From the NCBI GenBank assembly GCA_002269645.1, contig NIVC01000392.1:186001-250000 (forward strand): a stretch of 64,000 nt of DNA, given 5' to 3'. Below are positions 14,076 to 26,106 of the stretch, one piece after another; within the stretch, counting starts at the first letter, position 1, and each line of letters opens with the position of its first letter. Below the pieces are notes generated by a model, which was not told where the DNA came from, ran no database searches, and saw only the letters and a program-made list of their open reading frames with translations. The stretch is from Macrostomum lignano (lineage: Eukaryota). The position numbers and the translations under genes are program-made.

Positions 14076-14664
14076 TAGTGTTCTGCTATAAAAAGGTCCA
14101 TGTACCATAGCTATAGCCATAAGCAAAACTATGGGTTATTCCAATTCTCCATATTCCATAGCCGTAGAGACCCTTGTAGTTCTCATAGCCATAGCCATAG
14201 TTTTGACAAAAAGTCTAGAAAACAAAATATTTTAAATCAAGAAGATAACCTGGTGCTTAAACAAATCTGCAAATTAAGTTAGAAAATAAAAAAAAAACAC
14301 TTTATTGCATTTGTAAGATTATATTTTGTCTTTTTATAGAGCAACAATACTTAATTGCTACTGAAAGTACTAATGCTAAAAAAATTTTACATTAATAAAA
14401 ATTAGAGTTGCTAGTGCTTTATTGTACTTTATTTGGTATATTCTATAAGTTCTAAGTTGATAATACAGTTTACTCTACCTGTTTCTAATTTTTTTTTAAT
14501 TTTTTTAAATTAATAACTACAGCTGCAGGAATCTATGGAATGTGACAGCAATTACCATCTTTCCATAGTTGTAGCTATAAGAGCAGCTAGCTACCATAGG
14601 CACCTATTTTACCATATTTGCCATAGGATCCCATAGCCGTAGCTACGGCTACAGTGGAACACTA
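14076..14664. mobile_element. hAT-type MITE (589 bp)
   Basis: Short TIRs TAGTGTTC / GAACACTA, perfect 8-bp TSD ACCAATAC (14068-14075, 14665-14672), subterminal CCATAG repeats. Confidence 0.75.
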
Positions 14665-14973
14665 ACCAATACAAAAATCAAAATAAATGCAACTTTTTGA
14701 TAATAGTATTAAATAATTTTAAAAAAACTTTGTTTATTATGCAAAATTGAAAGCTATTTAGTTTTGCATTTGCATACATGACTGCATATAGTAAAAAAGA
14801 CCCTATTACAATGGAACATTAGTAATCAAATTTAGACCCCATTGTCTCTACTAGGGGTCCCCAACCCATTGTTAGCAGCAGGCTGCATTAGACATAAGCT
14901 GAGATGCATAGGCAACAATAATAAGCAAACTCTGCCTTCTATTAGTCATAGAAGAGTCCTTTATAGGCTTGAA

Positions 14974-17900
14974 CTAGCAATCTAGCGCCCCCCTTCGGGG
15001 TGGCCAATAAGCAAGGGACGAATCCTTTAAGATGAAAAAAAATTCTTAGGGAGGGGGGCTAGGAATTGAATTCTCATTTTAATTCCAGGCTTATGTACCA
15101 ATAAAACATGCTTGTGCAGAATTTTATAACAGACATTGAAATTCAACCATACTTGCCTTCATTCAGAGCTACTTCTACCAGTATGCTTCAGTACGCTACC
15201 AGTACCCTTGTAAGCCTTGACATGTCAGCAATCCCCCCCACAAGCCTTAACATATCAACTCCCCCCTTGACATCTCAGCGATGCTCCCATAAGCCTTGAA
15301 ATCTTAAAAAATCTGTCTACTTTCTAACGCCCAACTTTATCTATTACGTCTCGCAAAACTGAGTACAATTTTTGCAGAAAGTTAAAAGTATGGAAATAGT
15401 TTTTTAAATGCTGTGCTTTTTCTTTTCATATTTAAAGCATACAACTTATATCCCCGAACTCAGCGTTGCAAGATCTTTCCAGCAATATAAGTCTCTCCTC
15501 TCAAAGTTTAAAACTCGAGGAACAGTTAGCGTTTGAAATTTACCGATTTCCCGACTGCTTGCTAGAGAAGCTCGCAAGTTTATTCATTGAATTTCACTGC
15601 CAAACTAATACACAGGGCTGCCAATAATAAAACCAAATGAATCTATCAGTCTTATTTAAAGTTAAATAAACGGTTGCGCAATCTAAATCAACCCTCCAAT
15701 ACGCAGCGGCAGACCCCCTTCCAATACGCCCAACTTTATCTATTACGTCTCGCAAAACTGAGTACAATTTTTGCAGAAAGTTAAAAGTATGGAAATAGTT
15801 TTTTAAATGCTGTGCTTTTTCTTTTCATATTTAAAGCATACAACTTATATCCCCGAACTCAGCGTTGCAAGATCTTTCCAGCAATATAAGTCTCTCCTCT
15901 CAAAGTTTAAAACTCGAGGAACAGTTAGCGTTTGAAATTTACCGATTTCCCGACTGCTTGCTAGAGAAGCTCGCAAGTTTATTCATTGAATTTCACTGCC
16001 AAACTAATACACAGGGCTGCCAATAATAAAACCAAATGAATCTCGACACAGTCTATCTATTTACACTGTACAACTGCTATGTACACTCAGCCCAAGCCCA
16101 ACCCCCGTTCTGGGGGAATCATTAAATTTAACTCAACCCCCCAACAGGCGGGGGTTTTATTTGCATTGAACCCAGAACAGGCGCACCCACCACCCCTCAA
16201 TACACAGCGGCCCGCGGGCGGAGGTTGGGGTGGCTATTTTTACAAACTGGCTGCAGCCCCAGTCAGAGTGGCCAAAGAAGGTTATTGGGGGTTAAAAAAG
16301 CAGTTTTCTGCTTTTTTAGGGATGTTAAAATGTGAAAATTAAAAATTAAAATAGCCTAAAGCCTGCTCTGGAAAATTTGCAGTTTTCCCATATAAGTTTC
16401 GACGCTGACTTGGCAGTATTGTAGGAGTTCACTTGCTACATACAGACAGACAGACAGACAAACATCGCGTCAGTTTTAGTATTAGGAGAGATGGACTCAA
16501 TCGAAATTTTCTCTGTCAAAAAGAACTTAACTTTCAGAATTCATTGGTTAGGGTTAGGGTTCGAGCTGCACAGAGCTGCGTGTTGAATTAATTGAATCAA
16601 TTAATTGCGCAAACCATTTCTCAGTCAGACAGTATCAGTCTTATTTAAAGTTAAATAAACAGTTGCGCAATCTAAATCAACCCTCCAATACACAGCAGCA
16701 GTGAGAAGTTGAACCCTCCCCCAACTTTATCTATTACGTCTCGCAAAACTAAGTACAATCTTTGCAGAAAGTTAAAAGTATGAAAATAGTTTTTCAAATG
16801 CTGTGCTTTTTCTTTTCATATATAAAGCAAACAACTTATATCCCCAAACTCAGCGTTGCAAGATCTTTCCAGCAATATAAGTCTCTCCTCTCAAAGTTTA
16901 AAACTCGAGGAACAGTTAGCGTTTGAAATTTACCGATTTCCCGACTGCTTGCTAGAGCAGCTCGCAGTCGCAATTCATTGAATTTCACTGCCAAGCTAAT
17001 ACACAGGGCTGGCTGCCTATGGAGAAAAAAGGCGCCGATAATAAAACCAAATGAATTTCGACACAGTCTATCTATTTACACTGTACAACTGCTATGTACA
17101 CTCAGCCCAAGCCCAACCCCCGTTCTGGGGGAAGCATTAAATTTAACTCGACCCCCCCAACACGCGGAGGTTTTATTTGCATTGAACGCAGAACACGCGC
17201 ACCCACCACCCCTCAATACACAGCGGCCCGCGGGCGGAGGTTGGGGTGGCTATTTTTACAAACTGGCTGAAGCCCCAGGCAGAGTGACCAAAGAAGGTTA
17301 TTGGGGGTTAAAAAAGCAGTTTTCTGCTTTTTTAGGGATGTTAAAATGTGAAAATTAAAAATTAAAATAGCCTAAAGCCTGCTCCGGAAAATTTGCAGTT
17401 TTCCCATATAAGTTTCGACGTTGACTTGGCAGAATTGTAGGAGTTCACTTGCTACATACAGACAGACAGACATACAGACAGACAAACATCGCGTCGGTTT
17501 TAGTATTAGGACGAGGCCAACTCCTCCTCTGGAGGAGAAAGGGGAAGAACTCCCATCACCGGAATTCCATTCCCTGAAATCCATCAGCTGAAATTCCATG
17601 ACTTGAATCCCATCTTCCAAATCATCTCCAAATCCTCTGTAAAGCCTTTCAAATACCATATCTTGTTTTCCCTGTTCGCAAAAACTGACTGCCATTGTCC
17701 AGACTCAGATTCTTCTGTCTCCTCTCTTCTCTTTTCTCTCCTCTCACGTCTCTCATCTCTACCAACTTATTTATCTCTTCTCCCTCGTCTTTCGTCTTTC
17801 TCTCCTGTCTCCTTTATCCCCTGTTTTCTTCTCTCTCCTCTCTTCTCTCCTCTCTCATCTCACATCCCTCATGCCTCATCTCACTATTTCTTTCTCCTCT

Positions 17901-20900
17901 ACTCTCAGCTCCTCTCTTTTCTCTCCTCTCATCTCTCCTGTCTCCCTCTGCTATCTCATATCTTCCCTCTCATCTCCTCTCTCCTCTTTTCTTCTCTCTC
18001 CCTCTTCGTTCCCGCCTTACTCCCCTCTTCTCTCCCATCTGTCATGTCTAATCTGTCCTCTCTCATCTCTACTCTCTTTTCTATAATCTCTTCTCTCTTC
18101 TCTTTTCACTCTTGTCTTTACTCTCTTTACTGACTGACTGAAGATACCAAAATCCCTCCGTGAAACAGAAATCCTCTCCGCGAAACAGAAATCCTCTCCG
18201 CGAAACAGAAATCCTCTCCGCGAAACAGAAATCCTCTCCGCGAAACAGAAACCCTCTCCGTGAAACTGGGCTCCATGGAAATCCTCTGAGTGAAACTGAC
18301 ATCCATCAAAATCGTCTCCGTAAAACAGAAATACATCTAGATTCTCTCCACGAAAAAGAAATCCTCTCCGTGAAACCGAAAACCATCAGAATACTCCGTG
18401 AAACTGGACTCAATCGAAATTTTCTCTGTCAAAAAGAACTTAACTCTTAGAATTCATTGGTTAGGGTTAGGGTTAGAGCTGCCAGAGCTGCGTGTTGAAT
18501 TAATTGAATCAATTAATTGCGCAAACCATTTCTCAGTCAGACAGTATCAGTCTTATTTAAAGTTAAATAAACGGTTGCGCAATCTAAATCAACCCTCCAA
18601 TACGCAGCGGCAGACCCCCTTCCAATACGCCCAACTTTATCTATTACGTCTCGCAAAACTGAGTACAATTTTTGCAGAAAGTTAAAAGTATGGAAATAGT
18701 TTTTTAAATGCTGTGCTTTTTCTTTTCATATTTAAAGCATACAACTTATATCCCCGAACTCAGCGTTGCAAGATCTTTCCAGCAATATAAGTCTCTCCTC
18801 TCAAAGTTTAAAACTCGAGGAACAGTTAGCGTTTGAAATTTACCGATTTCCCGACTGCTTGCTAGAGAAGCTCGCAAGTTTATTCATTGAATTTCACTGC
18901 CAAACTAATACACAGGGCTGCCAATAATAAAACCAAATGAATCTATCAGTCTTATTTAAAGTTAAATAAACGGTTGCGCAATCTAAATCAACCCTCCAAT
19001 ACGCAGCGGCAGACCCCCTTCCAATACGCCCAACTTTATCTATTACGTCTCGCAAAACTGAGTACAATTTTTGCAGAAAGTTAAAAGTATGGAAATAGTT
19101 TTTTAAATGCTGTGCTTTTTCTTTTCATATTTAAAGCATACAACTTATATCCCCGAACTCAGCGTTGCAAGATCTTTCCAGCAATATAAGTCTCTCCTCT
19201 CAAAGTTTAAAACTCGAGGAACAGTTAGCGTTTGAAATTTACCGATTTCCCGACTGCTTGCTAGAGAAGCTCGCAAGTTTATTCATTGAATTTCACTGCC
19301 AAACTAATACACAGGGCTGCCAATAATAAAACCAAATGAATCTCGACACAGTCTATCTATTTACACTGTACAACTGCTATGTACACTCAGCCCAAGCCCA
19401 ACCCCCGTTCTGGGGGAATCATTAAATTTAACTCAACCCCCAACAGGCGGGGGTTTTATTTGCATTGAACCCAGAACACGCGCACCCACCACCCCTCAAT
19501 ACACAGCGGCCCGCGGGCGGAGGTTGGGGTGGCTATTTTTACAAACTGGCTGCAGCCCCAGTCAGAGTGGCCAAAGAAGGTTATTGGGGGTTAAAAAAGC
19601 AGTTTTCTGCTTTTTTAGGGATGTTAAAATGTGAAAATTAAAAATTAAAATAGCCTAAAGCCTGCTCCGGAAAATTTGCAGTTTTCCCATATAAGTTTCG
19701 ACGCTGACTTGGCAGTATTGTAGGAGTTCACTTGCTACATACAGACAGACAGACAGACAAACATCGCGTCAGTTTTAGTATTAGGAGAGATGGACTCAAT
19801 CGAAATTTTCTCTGTCAAAAAGAACTTAACTTTCAGAATTCATTGGTTAGGGTTAGGGTTCGAGCTGCACAGAGCTGCGTGTTGAATTAATTGAATCAAT
19901 TAATTGCGCAAACCATTTCTCAGTCAGACAGTATCAGTCTTATTTAAAGTTAAATAAACAGTTGCGCAATCTAAATCAACCCTCCAATACACAGCAGCAG
20001 TGAGAAGTTGAACCCTCCCCCAACTTTATCTATTACGTCTCGCAAAACTAAGTACAATCTTTGCAGAAAGTTAAAAGTATGAAAATAGTTTTTCAAATGC
20101 TGTGCTTTTTCTTTTCATATATAAAGCAAACAACTTATATCCCCAAACTCAGCGTTGCAAGATCTTTCCAGCAATATAAGTCTCTCCTCTCAAAGTTTAA
20201 AACTCGAGGAACAGTTAGCGTTTGAAATTTACCGATTTCCCGACTGCTTGCTAGAGAAGCTCGCAGTCGCAATTCATTGAATTTCACTGCCAAGCTAATA
20301 CACAGGGCTGGCTGCCTATGGAGAAAAAAGGCGCCGATAATAAAACCAAATGAATTTCGACACAGTCTATCTATTTACACTGTACAACTGCTATGTACAC
20401 TCAGCCCAAGCCCAACCCCCGTTCTGGGGGAAGCATTAAATTTAACTCGACCCCCCAACACGCGGGGGTTTTATTTGCATTGAACGCAGAACACGCGCAC
20501 CCACCACCCCTCAATACACAGCGGCCCGCGGGCGGAGGTTGGGGTGGCTATTTTTACAAACTGGCTGAAGCCCCAGGCAGAGTGACCAAAGAAGGTTATT
20601 GGGGGTTAAAAAAGCAGTTTTCTGCTTTTTTAGGGATGTTAAAATGTGAAAATTAAAAATTAAAATAGCCTAAAGCCTGCTCCGGAAAATTTGCAGTTTT
20701 CCCATATAAGTTTCGACGTTGACTTGGCAGAATTGTAGGAGTTCACTTGCTACATACAGACAGACAGACATACAGACAGACAAACATCGCGTCGGTTTTA
20801 GTATTAGGACACTCACACCAAGTCAGGTAGAGTAAAAAGTCACACGAAGCAGTTATGACATAATCAATTTCTTAGGCAAGTCAGTACCAGTGTCTATGAA

Positions 20901-23900
20901 AGCTAACAATATGGTTACGTAATATAAATTCAGTACTGCACTATGCTTTCACACTCACAGCTGTGACGCAATTCAATTGAGTGTCAAATTCAGCCAGTAC
21001 ACAGACGATAAATAAAGTGTATTGTGATGCAATCTATTTCAGAATCAGAATTCAACCAGTCAGTTTTTTCTCTAGCATTTTTACAGTGCGTTTCAAGTCG
21101 AAATAGCTGCTTGACCTTTGCAAAAAAGCATGTTTTTCGAATATTTAATCCCTTTAGCATCGAGCAATTTCTTAGCCACGATGCATGTACTGTCACGGAA
21201 AAATTTCTGATCGAACAGTGCAAGTTCGAAGAAAATCGGTTGAGCCGTTTTTGCTAAAATCGATCACACACACATATACCGACAGACCATTTTTAGTATA
21301 TGGGAGGACTTTTAGTATATTAGAAGTTATGACATAATCAATTTCTTAGGCAAGTCAGTACCAGTCTCTATAAAAGTTAACAATATGGTTACGCAATATA
21401 AATTGAGTAATGTGCTATGCTTTCACACTCAACGCTGTGACGCAATTCAATTGAGTGTCTTGTGTATTGTGATGCAATCTATTTTAGAATCAGAATTCAA
21501 CCAGTCAGTTTTTCTGCTAGCATTCTTACAATGCATTTCGATGCTTGACCTTTGCAAAAAAGCATGTTTTTCGAATATTTAATCCCTTTAGCATCGAGCA
21601 ATTTCTTAGCCACGATGCATGTACCGTCACGGAAAAATTTCTGATCGAATGGTGCAAGTTCGAAGAAAATCGGTTGAGCCATTTTTGATAAAATCGATCA
21701 CACACACACACATACACACACACATACCGACAGACCATTTTTAGTATATTACGAGGCCAACTCCTCCTCTGGAGGAGAAAGGGGAAGAATTCCCATCACC
21801 GGTACTCCATTCCCTGAAATGCCATTCCCTGAATCCCATCATCCAACTTCTCTCCGCGAAACTGAACATCATCGAAATCTTCTCCGTAAAAGAGAACTCC
21901 ATCAAACACCTCTCCGTGAAACTGACATTCATCAAAATCCCCTCCGAGAAATAGAAATCCTCTCCGTGAAACTGGACTCCATGGAAATCCTCTCCGTGAA
22001 ACTGACATTCATCAAAATCCCCTCCGAGAAACAGAAATCCTCTCCGTGAAACTGGACTCCATGGAAATCCTCTCCGTGAAACTGACATTCATCAAAATCC
22101 CCTCCGAGAAACAGAAATCCTCTCCGTGAAACTGGACTCCATGGAAATCCTCTCCGTGAAACTGACATTCATCAAAATCCCCTCCGAGAAACAGAAATTC
22201 TCTCCATTAAACTGGACTGAATCGAAATTTTCTCCGTAAAAAAGAATCAACTCTCAGGATTTAGTGGTTAGGGTTAGGGTTAGGGTTAGATCTACAACGC
22301 AGCAGCGTGTTGAACCAATTGAATTAATTGAATGCGCAACCGACTTCACAGTCAGTCAGTATCAGTCTCGGTAAAAGTTAACAAAAAGATTGCGCAAACT
22401 AAATCAACCCTTCAATACACAGCGACTGACCCCCTTCCAATACGCAGTGGCAATTAAAAGTTGAACCCCCCCTCCCACCAACTGTTGGGGGGTTGGTCGA
22501 CCCCCATTGAACTCCAAAATGAGTACACTGCCGAAAGTTAAAAGTATGGAAATCGTTTTTTAAATGCTGTGCTTTTTGTTTTCACATTTAAAGCAAACAA
22601 CTTATATCCCTGAACTCAGTATTGCAAGATCTTTCCAGTAATATAAGTCTCTCCTCTGAAAGTTTAAAACTCGAGGAACAGTTAGCGCTTGAAATTTCCT
22701 GATTTAAAGCATTAAAGTATCGAGTGTACGTTCACAGCCTGCTAAAGAGGCTCGCAAGTTTATTCATTAAATTTTACTGCCCAGCAAATACACATGGCTG
22801 CGTATTGAATGACGCCGATAATAAAACCAATTAAATCTCGACACAGTCCTAGCTATCTCCTTACACTCTACAACTGCTATGTACACTCAGCCCAAGCCCA
22901 ACCCCCTCCCATTCCGGGGGAATCGTTAAATTTAATTGAACCCCCCAACACGCGGGGGGGGGGTTATTTGCATTGAACGCGGAACACGCGCACCCACCAC
23001 CCCTCAATACACAGCGGCCCGCGGGCGGAGGTTGGGGTGGCTATTTTTACAAACTGGCTGCAGCCCCAGGCAGAGTGGCCAAAGAAGGTTATGGAGGGTT
23101 AAAAAAACAGTTTTCTGCTTTTTTAGGGATCTTAAAATGTAAAAATGAAAGATTAAAATAGCTATAAACCCAATCCGGAAAATTTGCAGTTTTCCCATAT
23201 AAGTTTCAACGCTGACTTGCCAGTAGTCTAGGAGAAAAATTGCAACACACAAACAAACATCGCATCACTTTTAGTATTAAGACGAGGCCAACTCCTCCTT
23301 CGGAGAAGAAAGGGGAAGAACTCCAATCAGCGGAATTCCATTCCCTGAACTCCATCAGCGGAATCCCATTTTCCAACACCTCTCCGCGCAACAGAAATCG
23401 TCTCCGTGAAACTGAACACTATCGAAATCCTCTCCGTGAAACTGAACACCATCGAAATATTCTCCGCGAAATAGAAATCCTCTCCGTGAAACTGGACTAA
23501 ATCGAAATTTCTCCGTCAAACAGCCCAGCTCTCAGAATTCATTGGTTAGGGTTAGGGTTAGGGTTAGAGCTACACACAGCTGCGTGTTGAAAGGCGCCGT
23601 AAAAACATTGAAACAATTAAATTGCGCAACTTATTTATCAGGCAGTCAGTATCAGCGTCGGTTAAAGTTAACAAAAAGATTGCGCAATCTAAATCAGCCC
23701 TCCAATACACAGCAACCGACCCCCTTCCAATACGCAGTGCAGCTAGAAATTGAACCCCCCCTACTAACTATTGGGGGGGGGGTCGGTCGAACCCCCATTG
23801 AACTCCAAAATGAGCAAAATCTTTGCAGAAAGCTAAAAGTATGAAAATCTTTTCTTGAATGCTGTGAATTTAATTTTCATATTTAAAGCAAAAAACTTAT

Positions 23901-25819
23901 ATCCCCGAACTCATCGCAGCAAGATCTTTCCAGCAATATAAGTCTCTCCTCTCTAAGTTCAAAACTCGAGCAACAGTTAGTGTTTGAAACTTTCTGATTT
24001 TAAGCATTGAAATATTGAGTGTACGTTCACTGCCTGCTAAAGATGCTCGCAAGTTTATGCATTAAAATGCACTGAATTTCACTGTGCAAAAAATACACAG
24101 GGCTTCCTGTCAAAAAACAGAACACAAATAGTTGCGCAATTGTCTATAAAGTCAGCCAGTGAGCCAGGGTCCAATTGTACACACGCCGCCCATGAGAACG
24201 CGCCCATTCCCCCACAGGAGAGAAAATGCACTGGCGGCATAGGAAAAAGTTGTGGCGTAATCACTCAAAATTCATGCAAATTTTCAGCTCCGAGCAGAAA
24301 GAGGGTACAATTAAGATTATCAAAGGTCAAGACCGCCATTTTCTGCTTTTTTAGGGATCTTAAAATGTAAAAATAAAAGATTAAAATAGCCTAAAGCCAT
24401 CCTCGGAAAATTTGCAGTTTTCCCACATAAGTTTCAACGCTGACTTGCAAGTATTCTAGGAGGAGTTATCCAACAAACACACACACACACAGACAAACAA
24501 CGCACCAACTTTAGTATTAAGACGAGGCCAACTCCTCCTTCGGAGAAGAAAGGGGAAGAACTCCAATCAGCGGAATTCCATTCCCTGAACTCCATCAGCG
24601 GAATCCCATTTTCCAACACCTCTCCGCGCAACAGAAATCGTCTCCGTGAAACTGAACACTATCGAAATCCTCTCCGTGAAACTGAACACCATCGAAATAT
24701 TCTCCGCGAAATAGAAATCCTCTCCGTGAAACTGGACTAAATCGAAATTTCTACGTCAAATAGCCCAGCTCTCAGAATTCATTGGTTAGGGTTAGGGTTA
24801 GGGTTGACAGCTGCGTGTTGAAAGGCGCCGTAAAAACATTGAACCAATTAAATTGCGCAACTTATTTCTCAGGCAGTCAGTATCAGCCTCAGTTAAAGTT
24901 AACAAAAAGATTGCGCAATCTAAATCAACCCTCAAATACACAGCAACCGACCCCCCTTCCAATACGCAGTGCAGCTAGAAATTGAACTCCCCCCCACCAA
25001 CTATTGGGGGGTCGGTCGAACCCCCATTGAACTCCAAAATGAGCACAATCTTTGCAGAAAGCTAAAAGTATGAAAATCTTTTCTTGAATGCTGTGAATTT
25101 AATTTTCATATTTAAAGCAAAAAACTTATATCCCGAACTCATTGCAGCAAGATCTTTCCAGCAATATAAGTCTCTCCTCTCTAAGTTCAAAACTCGAGCA
25201 ACAGTTAGTGTTTGAAACTTTCTGATTTTAAGCATTGAAATATCGAGTGTACGTTCACTGCCTGCTAAAGATGCTCGCAAGTTTATGCATTAAAATGCAC
25301 TGAATTTCACTGTGCAAAAAATACACAGGGCTTCCTGTTAAAAAACAGAACACAAATAGTTGCGCAATTGTCTATAAAGTCAGTCAGTGAGCCAGGGTTC
25401 AAGTGTACACACGCAGCCACTGAGAACGCGACCATCCCCCCACTTGAGAGAAAATACACTGCCAAGATAGAAAAATTTTATGGCGCAATCACTAAAATTG
25501 ATGCAAATTTTCAGCTCCAAGCAGAAAGAGGGGACAATTAAGATTATCAAAGGTCAAGACCGCCATTTTCTGCTTTTTTAGGGATCTTAAAAATTGAAAA
25601 TGAAAGATTAAAATAGCCTAAAGCCATCCTCGGAAAATTTGCAGTTTTCCCATATAAGTTTCAACGCTGACTTGCAAGTATTCTAGGAGGAGTTATCCAA
25701 CAAACACACACACACACAGACAAACAACGCACCAGTTTTAGTATTAAGAATTCTAGGAGGAGTTATCCAACAAACACACACACACACAGACAAACAACGC
25801 ACCAGTTTTAGTATTAAGA
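14974..25819 (-). mobile_element. Composite head-to-tail array of non-autonomous Helitron-like elements
   Basis: On the minus strand: outer 5' end A|TCTTAATACTAAAA (25819) and outer 3' end GC hairpin + CTAG|T (14974). Internal 5' ends T(C)..AATA(T)ACTAAAA lie at 16487, 17511, 19786, 20809, 21308, 21324, 21751, 23282, 24522 and 25749, most followed within ~20 nt by a GT/GTCT microsatellite. Hairpin+CTCG 3' ends lie at 17512, 21752, 23283 and 24523. No Rep/helicase ORF seen. Confidence 0.75.
20810..21751 (-). mobile_element. Second Helitron-like family, tandem dimer inside the array
   Basis: Two ~430-500-bp copies (AGTTATGACATAATC... near 20850 and 21325) ending on + in AAAATCGGTTGAGCC...(CA)n...CAGACCATTTTTAGTATA. 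Confidence 0.65.
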
Positions 25820-26106
25820 TAAGAGATAAGAAGAGAAAGAAAGAAGAAGAGAAGAGAAGATGCCATATACAGTTATCCTATATACTAAAAATGAGTTTTT
25901 TGTATTTATGTGTGCTAAAAAGACTAAAAATGACTCAGTGGGCTGCATTGATAAGAGGTTAGTGCCCCTAGTCTACACTGTACAATATGCACACAAGCCT
26001 TCACATTTTTCAGAGGAATGGGGCTGTATCAACATCACAAGTACATAGTATCAACATTGAACACATTCTTATGTTCTATTTTCAGCAGCCACATTGAGAC
26101 AGAGCC

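Noticed and set aside
16546-24805. True telomere or chromosome fusion site
   Set aside because: Tracts are only 2-4 repeats, all in the same orientation and embedded in repeated units.
14974-25819. Autonomous Helitron or captured host gene within the array
   Set aside because: No HUH Rep or PIF1 helicase motifs; the short ORFs recur only because the units are repeated.
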